Assembly: GCA_045598305.1 (NCBI GenBank) | Contig: JAZLLW010000031.1 | Location: 939-64,938, forward strand | DNA from: Acutalibacteraceae bacterium | GTDB taxonomy: Bacteria; Bacillota; Clostridia; Oscillospirales; Acutalibacteraceae | DNA: 64,000 nucleotides | Reading direction: 5' to 3' | In this document: piece by piece, positions 10,436-18,402 of the stretch | Layout of the letters: each line of letters opens with the position of its first letter | Position numbering within the stretch: position 1 is the stretch's first letter | The notes under the pieces: model-generated | What the model was told of the DNA's origin: nothing | The model's input: the letters and a program-made list of their open reading frames with translations, nothing else | The model's database searches: none | Translations under genes and position numbers: made by a program

Positions 10436-11122
10436 TTATTCGGTGATTGTATTGTCCCATGCCGACCGGAATTTTGCCAGACCGTAATCGGTGAAGGGAT
10501 GATAGAAGCTGTCCTTGAATACCTGAAGACCTGCGGTCACGATATCCGCGCCCGCAACTGCGCAGTCAACTATCTGCTTGCCGTTTCTTACTGCGGCACA
10601 TATAATTTCCGTCTTGCCGAGGAAACCGTAATTTCTGTAAATCTCAACTATATCGCTGATGTACTGAACGCAGTCCTCACCGCTGTTCTCTTTCCAGCCG
10701 ATGAAGGGGGAAACGAAGAGAGAATTGTTCTTTCCCGCGATAAGTGCCTGGGAAGCGGAGAAAACGAGGGTAAGGTTGGTACGAATGCCTTTCTTTTCAA
10801 GGCGTCTTGCGGCGGTAATGCCCGCTTCGGTGCAGGGGATTTTGATTACGAAGTTACTGCACATAGCCGATATTTTCTCTGCCATGGCGAACATTTCGTC
10901 CGCATCGTCAAGGTGGGGATTGATTTCAACGGAAATGGGGAAAACGTCCCAGCCCTCAATGCCCTTTTCCTTTACGAAATCCGCAAGTTCCGCGATAACG
11001 GTGTAAAAGGGCTTGCCGCTGTTCATGATATGATTGGGATTTGTGGTGATTCCGTCGATTCCGAAGGTGTCGTATGCCTCGCGGATCTCGTCGATTTTTG
11101 CACTGTCAAGAAAGTATTTCAT
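10436..11122 (-). CDS. Transaldolase / fructose-6-phosphate aldolase family (subfamily 3B, about 220 aa)
   Basis: 228 aa reading MKYFLDSAKIDEI...DGITTNPNHI, with the Schiff-base lysine context FVIKIPCT. Confidence 0.85.
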   Translation of the reverse strand: MKYFLDSAKIDEIREAYDTFGIDGITTNPNHIMNSGKPFYTVIAELADFVKEKGIEGWDVFPISVEINPHLDDADEMFAMAEKISAMCSNFVIKIPCTEAGITAARRLEKKGIRTNLTLVFSASQALIAGKNNSLFVSPFIGWKENSGEDCVQYISDIVEIYRNYGFLGKTEIICAAVRNGKQIVDCAVAGADIVTAGLQVFKDSFYHPFTDYGLAKFRSAWDNTITE

Positions 11123-11134
11123 CTTTATCTCTCC

Positions 11135-11827
11135 TTAAAGCTTTTCAAGTATTTCGGGGTGCTGAGTAAGGTCGTATCTCTTATAGCCGTCATTCGCGTC
11201 AAAGAACCATACCCTCGCATCCGGTCTTTTGGGTGATATCTTAACGGAATATTTACCGTCAATATAGCATAATGCGGTATCGTTTTCGCAGGCGATAGTG
11301 GAGAGAGCGGTCCTGTCGGCATATTCGTCAAACTGATGCCAGAAAGCACCCTCGTAATGGGGAACATTATTGTAGGGAATGATGTCGGTGCAGTCAACGA
11401 ACATGAAATCGCCTCTCGGACCGCAGTCGTCAAAGCCCTGTCTGAACCAGCACATGCTGCCCGAGGATTCGCCGAAAAGCACCTTGCCCGCGTCAAACGC
11501 CTCTCTGAGATATTTGATTACGCCGGTCTTTTTCCAGGTTTTCAGACAGAAATTGAGGTTGCCGCCCGGAACGTGAATCACGTCTGCCCAACGGATTTTT
11601 TCCGCGATCAGCTCCTCCGTGATATATGGATGAGTGAGATAGAGAACATCCGTATCACAGCCCATTTTGCTGTATCTGCCCACGTCGCAGGGGCTTGAAT
11701 CGTAACCCGTTGTGGGGATTTCAAGATAGTTGGGATATTCTTTGCCTGAAAGACCCATTATGTATTCCGCAAAGTCCCATGCGTATTCGTCTCCGAAACC
11801 GCCGCCGATAGCTATTATTTTACCCAT
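11135..11827 (-). CDS. Peptidase S51 (dipeptidase E/cyanophycinase-like) family serine hydrolase
   Basis: The ORF track starts at 11863. I prefer MGKIIAIGGGF at 11827, one nucleotide after the GH31 stop. It has the nucleophile-elbow-like motif GESSGSMCW. Confidence 0.7.
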   Translation of the reverse strand: MGKIIAIGGGFGDEYAWDFAEYIMGLSGKEYPNYLEIPTTGYDSSPCDVGRYSKMGCDTDVLYLTHPYITEELIAEKIRWADVIHVPGGNLNFCLKTWKKTGVIKYLREAFDAGKVLFGESSGSMCWFRQGFDDCGPRGDFMFVDCTDIIPYNNVPHYEGAFWHQFDEYADRTALSTIACENDTALCYIDGKYSVKISPKRPDARVWFFDANDGYKRYDLTQHPEILEKL

Positions 11828-11828
11828 G

Positions 11829-13847
11829 TCAGAACTCCTTTGCTGCTTTTTCAAATATTTCAAGGGCTTCGGGGGAAGCGTTCTTTCTGTAAAACGCCGC
11901 GGGTGTGCCGACGGGGGCTTTGACCGTGTGCTTTCCGCCCTTATATTCTTTTCCCGTTGAAAATTCTATCCATTCGTCATCGGGAAGATAAACGTTCTTT
12001 TTATTCGTGTCCGGTCTTAAAACGGGAGCAACGAGTATATCCCTGCCCAGCAGGTATTCGTATGCCAGCACCTTTGATGCCTCGTCGTCATAGTGGAAGA
12101 AGAGGGGTCTTATAACGCCCGTACCCTTTTCGGCATTCTGCCTTACCGCTTCTCTGATATACGGCTTGAGAGCACAGTGTATCCTGCTCATTTTTGCCTG
12201 ATGCTCAAGGGTTTCGGAGCTTGCGTCAAACTGGGCGTTCAGATCGGGATTGTTGCCCTCGTGACTTCTCATAACGGGTGAAAATACATTCATTTCGCAC
12301 CAGCGCATATACAGCTCCTCGTTTCTGCACATCTTGCCGAAGGTGGTATATCCGCCTATATCCGAATGACTCAGACCGTAACCGCTGCAGGTGAGGGAAA
12401 GGGATGCTGGAATGACGGACGGCAGACCGTTATCCATGGAAAAGTCCACGTGATTGTCGCCGTTCCACATCATCGTGGAGTATTTCGGCGTTTCGGTGAA
12501 GCCCGCTCTGGTAAAGAACATTGTTTCGCCGAGCTTTCCGCTTTCCTCAACGACCTCTCTGTTGAGCTTCGCCCATCTTGCGGGCCATGTATTGTGGGCA
12601 AGCTCGGGGTCTTCGCCGCTGTAAAGCACACAGTCGGTGGGCAGATATTCGCCGAAATCCGCCATCCAGCCGGACAGACCGAAATCTATCATGTTTTCTT
12701 TAATCTTCTTTTTAAGCCAATCCCACGCATCGGGATTTGTCAGGTCAACTATCGCGGCGGGGAAGGTGGTGATGGTAACGAGATAATCGCTGCCGCTTTT
12801 ATCCTTTACGCAGTAGCCCTTTTCGGCGGCTTCCTTATACATCGGTTTTTCAATGGCAAGGAAGGTGTTGCAGTAGCCGAGTACCTTGATGTTCTTTGCG
12901 TTCAGCTCTTTTATCGCTTCGGGAAGACCGGGATAAAGCTCCCTGTCCCATTCCCAGTTCCATTGGAGCTGTTTGCCGAAGGCGGTCACACGTCTGCCCT
13001 CCCAGTCCTGAATCCAGACACCCGCGACCCTTGTGCCGTGTTCAAGGCAGGCGTTCACTTTATTCATCATTATTTCCGTGCCGCCCTGAATGCCGAGAAT
13101 CACGCCGTCATAAACCCAGTCGGGAAGCTCGGGCTGTCTGCCCAGACGCGCCGTAAGGCATTCCATGACCTCCTCAAAGCTGTCGCCGAAGCCGATTTCA
13201 AAACCCTCGACACAGTCAAACTTGAGGCGGTGATATTTTTTATCGGTAAAATCAAATTCGCATCTTGAAGTCGCAGAGGAATGAAAGCTGTATTTACGGC
13301 TTGAGAGGAAGGTCGGCTGGGCGTAATAGGTTTCGTAGGTTTCAAATTTGTTTTTGCGTTTGCCGTTGCGAAATCCGAGAGTGACCTTGGTAATCTTTTT
13401 TGATATCATTTTCGCATTCTGATGCTCGGCGACCCAGATGTTTGCCTTATGACCTCTCAGGTCAAATTCGGTGAAGGTTTCGCCCGTGCCGTAGATATGC
13501 TCCTTTTCGTCTGCGGGGAGGGAAATCCAAAGGCGGTTGTAGGCGGAAAGTTCGTAAAAATCCGCTTTCAGACTGTTTCCGTCAACGGAAAGGACCGCGC
13601 TGCCCTCCGTGAGCGAAATCTCCGCACGGTTACCCGACAACAGAATATCCCTAACGAAAAGGGGCTTGCGGCAGTATATTTTTTCTTTGATGGTGAAGCT
13701 GCCTCTGTCCATTTTGTAATTGTTTTCGCCGTAGCCGGTTTCAGCAGCGATTTCACCCTGCCGGAGTGTGAAAACGGGGGAGGAATTACGAAGAAGCACG
13801 AGCGCTCCGTCCGTTATTGCAAGTTCAACCAAGAAACACACCTCCAT
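11829..13847 (-). CDS. GH31 alpha-glycosidase, YihQ (sulfoquinovosidase)-like subfamily
   Basis: 672 aa with the nucleophile context GWMADFGEYLP, the acid/base context WNGD, and HSDIGGY. An alternative TTG start at 13832 lies behind a GGAGG box. Confidence 0.85.
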   Translation of the reverse strand: MEVCFLVELAITDGALVLLRNSSPVFTLRQGEIAAETGYGENNYKMDRGSFTIKEKIYCRKPLFVRDILLSGNRAEISLTEGSAVLSVDGNSLKADFYELSAYNRLWISLPADEKEHIYGTGETFTEFDLRGHKANIWVAEHQNAKMISKKITKVTLGFRNGKRKNKFETYETYYAQPTFLSSRKYSFHSSATSRCEFDFTDKKYHRLKFDCVEGFEIGFGDSFEEVMECLTARLGRQPELPDWVYDGVILGIQGGTEIMMNKVNACLEHGTRVAGVWIQDWEGRRVTAFGKQLQWNWEWDRELYPGLPEAIKELNAKNIKVLGYCNTFLAIEKPMYKEAAEKGYCVKDKSGSDYLVTITTFPAAIVDLTNPDAWDWLKKKIKENMIDFGLSGWMADFGEYLPTDCVLYSGEDPELAHNTWPARWAKLNREVVEESGKLGETMFFTRAGFTETPKYSTMMWNGDNHVDFSMDNGLPSVIPASLSLTCSGYGLSHSDIGGYTTFGKMCRNEELYMRWCEMNVFSPVMRSHEGNNPDLNAQFDASSETLEHQAKMSRIHCALKPYIREAVRQNAEKGTGVIRPLFFHYDDEASKVLAYEYLLGRDILVAPVLRPDTNKKNVYLPDDEWIEFSTGKEYKGGKHTVKAPVGTPAAFYRKNASPEALEIFEKAAKEF

Positions 13848-13861
13848 AATACAATTAACTT

Positions 13862-13890
13862 ATTATATAGTGCGCGGGAAAATAATTCAA
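13862..13890 (-). promoter_or_regulatory. Sigma-A-type promoter of the GH31 operon
   Basis: The reverse strand reads TTGAAT (13885-13890), exactly 17 nt, then TATAAT (13862-13867). Confidence 0.55.
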
Positions 13891-13998
13891 CAGAAAACGC
13901 GAGAAAAATACCCGTATTAAAGAAAATAATAAAATCTGTTTTTAATGTGGATTTATTAACAATTGTGTGATATCATTAAAAAGTTAGGAGTGAATCAG

Positions 13999-15855
13999 AT
14001 GTATCCCGAAAAGCTTGAGAAATTTTTGTTGAAGGTGCAGAAGCCGGGAAGGTATACGGGCGGCGAGCTAAACAGTATCGTAAAGCCCCGTGACAGCGTT
14101 GATATCAGCTATGCCTTCTGCTTCCCCGACACTTACGAAATAGGTATGTCCCATCTGGGAATGAAGATACTTTACTCCCTTGTGAACGCAAGAGAGGATG
14201 CAAGGTGCGAAAGAGTTTTTGCACCCGATACGGATATGGAAGAAATAATGAGGGCAAACGATATTCCCCTCTATGCCCTTGAAAGCGGAGAGCCGATAAA
14301 GGATTTTGACATTATCGGCTTCACCATGCAGTATGAATTGAGCTACACAAACGTACTCAATATGCTGGATTTAGCCGGTCTGCCCGTAAAGAGTGCCGAC
14401 AGAACGGCGCTTACTCCCATCGTCATTGCGGGAGGTACCTGCGTATGCAACGCGGAGCCGATGGCGGATTTCTTTGATATCACCCTTCCCGGCGACGGCG
14501 AAGAGGTTACCGGCGAGCTTATCGATTTGCTTAAGGAATACAAGGCAAAGGGCGCATCCAAGCGGGAATTTCTCATTGCCGCCGCACAGATTCCCGGAGT
14601 TTACGTTCCCTCTCTCTATAAAGTTGAGTATAACGGGGACTGCACGGTAAAATCGGTCACTCCCACCGAGGGCGCACCCGCAAAGGTAATCAAGAGAAAC
14701 GTAAAGAATCTCGATACCATGTTCAGCCCCGATTCCTTTGTTGTTCCCTTCATTGAAACCGTATTTGACAGAACGACCGTTGAAATCTTCCGCGGATGTA
14801 TCAGAGGATGCCGTTTCTGTCAGGCGGGATTCCTTACCAGACCTCTGAGAGAGAAATCTCCCGAGGTGGTCGAGAAGCAGTGCCGTGCAATATGCGAAAA
14901 AACGGGATATGATGAAATCTCTCTCTGCTCACTGAGTACGAGCGACTATAAGGGTCTCTACAAACTGCTGAACAGTATGATTCCGTGGGCAGATGAAAAC
15001 AAGATAAATATTGCCCTTCCCTCACTGCGTGTTGACAATTTCCCCAGAGAGCTTATGGAAAAGCTCAATTCCGTACGCAGAAGTGGTCTTACCTTTGCTC
15101 CCGAAGCGGGCACACAGCGCCTGAGAGACGTTATCAATAAGAATATCACCGAAAAGGAAGTCCTTTCCACCTCCGCGCAGGCATTTGAAGGCGGCTGGAC
15201 GGCAGTCAAGCTTTACTTCATGATAGGTCTTCCCACGGAAACGAATGAGGATATAGAAGGTATCGCAAATCTTGCCCAGGCGGTGGTCGACGAATATTAC
15301 CGCTGTGAAAACAAGCCGAAGGGCAAGAGCGTTGCCGTCAATATTTCTCTGGCATCTCTCGTTCCCAAGCCCTTCACTCCCTTCCAGTGGGAGCCGCAGG
15401 ACAGACCCGAGGTGCTGATTGAAAAGCAGGATTATCTGCTCTCCTGCATCAAAACGAAAAAGGTTCAGCTTTCAAGACATGTTCCCTGGACGAGCTTTCT
15501 TGAGGGTGTATTCTCAAGAGGCGACCGCCGTCTGGGCGAGGTAATATATACCGCCTGGAAAAAGGGATGTCATTTTGACAGCTGGGAGGAACATCTTGAC
15601 CGCGAAAAATGGATGCAGAGCTTTGAGGAATGCGGAATTGACCCGTATTTCTATACCGCAAGAAGGCGTGACCTTGATGAGGTCCTGCCCTGGGATCACA
15701 TGGATTACGGTGTGACCAAGAGCTTCCTTCAGAGAGAGAATAAAAAAGCGCATGCAGGCGAAACGACTCCCTGCTGCCGTGAAAAATGTGCCGGATGCGG
15801 TGCCGCAAGACTGAACGGAGGTGTGTGCAATGAACTCGGTGAGAATCTGGTATAA
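13999..15855 (+). CDS. B12-binding-domain radical SAM protein (TIGR03960 family)
   Basis: I chose the start MYPEKLEKF, which follows AGGAG. It carries the radical-SAM cluster motif CIRGCRFCQAG, and its partner DUF2344 gene follows. Confidence 0.85.
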   Translation: MYPEKLEKFLLKVQKPGRYTGGELNSIVKPRDSVDISYAFCFPDTYEIGMSHLGMKILYSLVNAREDARCERVFAPDTDMEEIMRANDIPLYALESGEPIKDFDIIGFTMQYELSYTNVLNMLDLAGLPVKSADRTALTPIVIAGGTCVCNAEPMADFFDITLPGDGEEVTGELIDLLKEYKAKGASKREFLIAAAQIPGVYVPSLYKVEYNGDCTVKSVTPTEGAPAKVIKRNVKNLDTMFSPDSFVVPFIETVFDRTTVEIFRGCIRGCRFCQAGFLTRPLREKSPEVVEKQCRAICEKTGYDEISLCSLSTSDYKGLYKLLNSMIPWADENKINIALPSLRVDNFPRELMEKLNSVRRSGLTFAPEAGTQRLRDVINKNITEKEVLSTSAQAFEGGWTAVKLYFMIGLPTETNEDIEGIANLAQAVVDEYYRCENKPKGKSVAVNISLASLVPKPFTPFQWEPQDRPEVLIEKQDYLLSCIKTKKVQLSRHVPWTSFLEGVFSRGDRRLGEVIYTAWKKGCHFDSWEEHLDREKWMQSFEECGIDPYFYTARRRDLDEVLPWDHMDYGVTKSFLQRENKKAHAGETTPCCREKCAGCGAARLNGGVCNELGENLV

Positions 15856-16492
15856 GAAATCGGGACTCGCGATTTACACCTCACACCTTGATATGAACCG
15901 CTGTTTCACAAGGGCGGTCACCCGTGCGGGCATTCCCCTCTGGTATACCGAGGGCTTCAACCCCCATCCCTATCTGAATTTCCTGCTGCCCCTTCCTCTG
16001 GGACAGACGGGTATGAGGGAGCCCATTGATATCCGCATAGAAAAGGATATGACAAAAGAGGAAATAAAGGAAAAGCTCAATGCGGTATTTCCCGAAGGCA
16101 TTGAGATAGTTGACGTTACCGACCCCGTCGGGAAGGTGAACGAAGTCGTTTCCTCAAAATACGTTATAGATATGTCTTTTGACACCGAGGGGGAGGCAGA
16201 GGGCTTTGCCGCCTGCGTTTCCTCAATCATGGACGAGGGCATACTCAACGCGGAAAAACGCTCAAAGAGAGGTATAAAGACCGTTAATCTCTGCGAGTTT
16301 GTCAATTCATTTGAAATAAGCCAAACCGAAAATAAAATCAGAATCGAAACCGTGCTCGCCACGGGTACGGAAAAGAATCTGAACGCCAATCTGCTGGTTG
16401 ACGCGCTCTGCTCTCAGATTGCCGCGGATTACGCATCCCTGAGCATAATGAGAACGGAAATATATATAAAAAACAAAAAAATATTTGAATAA
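15830..16492 (+). CDS. Radical-SAM-associated protein (TIGR03936/DUF2344 family)
   Basis: About 220 aa (MNSVRIWYKKSG...). It overlaps the end of the radical SAM gene, which is the conserved gene pair in Clostridia. Confidence 0.8.
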   Translation: MNSVRIWYKKSGLAIYTSHLDMNRCFTRAVTRAGIPLWYTEGFNPHPYLNFLLPLPLGQTGMREPIDIRIEKDMTKEEIKEKLNAVFPEGIEIVDVTDPVGKVNEVVSSKYVIDMSFDTEGEAEGFAACVSSIMDEGILNAEKRSKRGIKTVNLCEFVNSFEISQTENKIRIETVLATGTEKNLNANLLVDALCSQIAADYASLSIMRTEIYIKNKKIFE

Positions 16493-16504
16493 AACGAAAA
16501 AACA

Positions 16505-16533
16505 CTTGCATTTGAAATAAACCTGTGGTATAG
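16505..16533 (+). promoter_or_regulatory. Sigma-A-type promoter upstream of rplS
   Basis: TTGCAT (16505-16510), 17 nt, TATAGT (16528-16533), with a TG extended -10 element. Confidence 0.5.
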
Positions 16534-16539
16534 TGGTCA

Positions 16540-16658
16540 AGCATTTATACCGTCAATAGGTGTTGCGGCACCGAAGACGGGGTTTAATATGACTATTAAA
16601 ACGGATGTTCCTCTGGCGATAGGTGTATGAACATCTGAAAAAAACGGAGGTTATTTCA
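16540..16658 (+). promoter_or_regulatory. Structured 5' leader of rplS (candidate L19 autoregulatory leader)
   Basis: There are two hairpins: CCGTC 16549-53 with GACGG 16575-79, and GATGTTC 16603-09 with GAACATC 16628-34. Each presents the same octamer ATAGGTGT. Confidence 0.35.
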
Positions 16659-17003
16659 ATGGATGCACTCAAGTTAATCGCACAGGATTCTCTCAAAGCA
16701 GAAATCCCCGCAGTTGAAATCGGTGATACCGTTAAGGTACACGTTAAAATCCGCGAGGGTGAAAAGGAAAGAATCCAGGTATTCGAGGGAACAGTTATCG
16801 CTCGTAGAGGTTCCGGCGTTTCCGAAACCTTCACAGTTCGCCGTATTTCCTACGGTGTAGGTGTTGAAAGAGTATTCCCCATTCATTCCCCCAACGTTGC
16901 CAAGGTTGAGCTCGTAAGACACGGTCGTGTCCGCAGAAGCAAGCTCTACTATCTTCGTGACAGAGTCGGTAAGGCAGCTAAGGTTAAGGAAGAAATCAGA
17001 TAA
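16659..17003 (+). CDS. rplS: 50S ribosomal protein L19
   Basis: [10 protein letters not shown]...[30 protein letters not shown] is the canonical L19 sequence. ATG at 16659 follows GGAGG. Confidence 0.95.
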   Translation: MDALKLIAQDSLKAEIPAVEIGDTVKVHVKIREGEKERIQVFEGTVIARRGSGVSETFTVRRISYGVGVERVFPIHSPNVAKVELVRHGRVRRSKLYYLRDRVGKAAKVKEEIR

Positions 17004-17015
17004 CAAAACTTGTGA

Positions 17016-17060
17016 GGGTGTTGCAGTTTGTTCAAATTGTAACATCCTTATTTTAATTTT
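17016..17060 (+). terminator. Rho-independent terminator after rplS
   Basis: Stem GGGTGTTGCA pairs with TGTAACATCC (two G-U pairs) and is followed by TTATTTTAATTTTT. Confidence 0.6.
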
Positions 17061-17212
17061 TGGGAACTGCAGCCGAAATAAATTGCCGTAACGATGGCAT
17101 CATTTCCCCCTGCCTTCGCCCGCAAATCTTGAAATACACAAAGTATTCCTGCGATTTGTGTTCATCGGCAGAAGAAAAATCCGCTCACCGTTTACGGTTG
17201 GCAAGATATAAA

Positions 17213-17243
17213 CGGAGCGAAGCGACCCTTAACTATTCACTAT
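17213..17243 (+). repeat. Copy 1 of the dispersed short repeat CCGGAGCGAAGCGACC-N-TATTCACT
   Basis: CGGAGCGAAGCGACCCTTAACTATTCACTAT. It matches 41579..41618 (same orientation) and 21888..21930 (inverted). Confidence 0.7.
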
Positions 17244-17266
17244 ATATTCCCGAGGGAGGTGAGACG

Positions 17267-17866
17267 GTGAAAGCTGAAAGACAGACAGAAGTTTATTACG
17301 TAATTTTTCCCGGAAAAGCCGATATGGTCCATTCGGCATTTTTTGATCTGGTTGATATTCTGAAGGGCGCTTTCGTAATCGGTTTTATGCTGTTTTTGCT
17401 TGTGTTCAGAGTCAGCGGTGTTGTGGGTTCCTCCATGAACAACACCTTCAAGGAAGGAGACAGATTGCTTATCACCGCCATCACGACCAATATTAAGAGA
17501 GGCGACGTTGTTATCATCTGTCAGCCCTGGGCAGACGACAAGCTCCTTGTCAAGAGAGTTATCGGAGTTGAGGGCGATACCATAGATATTGACTTTGAAA
17601 AAGGTGAGGTCTACCGTAACGGCGAGATGCTTGACGAGCCCTATATCAGGGACTACGGCAGGGAGGGTACCGCCCGCAGCGGAGACGTCCTTTTCCCCGT
17701 GACCGTTCCCGAGGGCGAGGTTTTCGTAATGGGCGATAACCGTAATAATTCAAGGGACAGCCGATTCAAGGCAATCGGCTTTATCAGAGAAGAATATATC
17801 ATGGGCAGAGCGTTTTACCGTGTTTCTCCCAAAGCAACAAAGATTGAAAGGTTGGAACGAAAATGA
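17267..17866 (+). CDS. lepB: Signal peptidase I
   Basis: It carries S26 motifs (SGVVGSSMNNTF, GDVVI, LVKRVIG, VMGDNRNNSRDSR). I prefer the GTG start at 17267 after GAGGGAGG. The annotated 5' extension covers an intergenic repeat. Confidence 0.8.
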   Translation: MKAERQTEVYYVIFPGKADMVHSAFFDLVDILKGAFVIGFMLFLLVFRVSGVVGSSMNNTFKEGDRLLITAITTNIKRGDVVIICQPWADDKLLVKRVIGVEGDTIDIDFEKGEVYRNGEMLDEPYIRDYGREGTARSGDVLFPVTVPEGEVFVMGDNRNNSRDSRFKAIGFIREEYIMGRAFYRVSPKATKIERLERK

Positions 17867-18399
17867 TAAAGAGTGAAAAACTGGGCGGACTTTTTGATAT
17901 AGTGTCAATTTTTGCCTCCGCTACGGTAATAGTTGCGGTTGCTTTTCTGGCATTTTTCCGCACGATTGCCGTTGACGGCGAATCAATGCTCCAGACTCTT
18001 CAGGATAAGGACCGCCTTATCGTCACCGCTTTTGCCGAGCCCGAGCCCGGTGATATCGTGGTAACCTGCCAGCCCTCTTACATTTCATATATGGAATCCA
18101 CTCTTGTAAAGAGAGTAATCGCCACGGAGGGACAGACCGTGGATATAGATTTTGAAAAAGGCATCGTTTACGTTGACGGCAAAGCCCTTGACGAGCCCTA
18201 TACCAACACCCCCACCAACCGTGAGGAGGGTATGCCCTTCCCCATCGTCGTTCCCGAGGGACATGTTTTTGTAATGGGTGATAACCGAAACGGCTCAAGC
18301 GACAGCCGTGATATCAGAATAGGTACAATCAGGACCGAGTACGTTCTCGGAAAGGCTCTTTTCAGAATCATACCTTTCGGAAAGTTTAAGATAGGTTAA
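17863..18399 (+). CDS. lepB: Signal peptidase I (second tandem copy)
   Basis: 178 aa with the S26 motifs AVDGESMLQTL, LVKRVIA and VMGDNRNGSSDSR. An ATGA overlap links it to the first copy. Confidence 0.85.
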   Translation: MIKSEKLGGLFDIVSIFASATVIVAVAFLAFFRTIAVDGESMLQTLQDKDRLIVTAFAEPEPGDIVVTCQPSYISYMESTLVKRVIATEGQTVDIDFEKGIVYVDGKALDEPYTNTPTNREEGMPFPIVVPEGHVFVMGDNRNGSSDSRDIRIGTIRTEYVLGKALFRIIPFGKFKIG

Positions 18400-18402
18400 A
18401 GC

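Noticed and set aside
10214-11236. 340-aa plus-strand ORF
   Set aside because: It is antisense to the well-supported reductase and transaldolase genes. It has no SD sequence and its composition is typical of a shadow ORF in a coding region.
12366-13268. 300-aa plus-strand ORF
   Set aside because: It is antisense to the GH31 gene.
17060-17266. TTG-initiated 69-aa N-terminal extension of the first lepB
   Set aside because: It covers the rplS terminator tail and an intergenic repeat copy. A GTG at 17267 follows a strong GAGGGAGG box.
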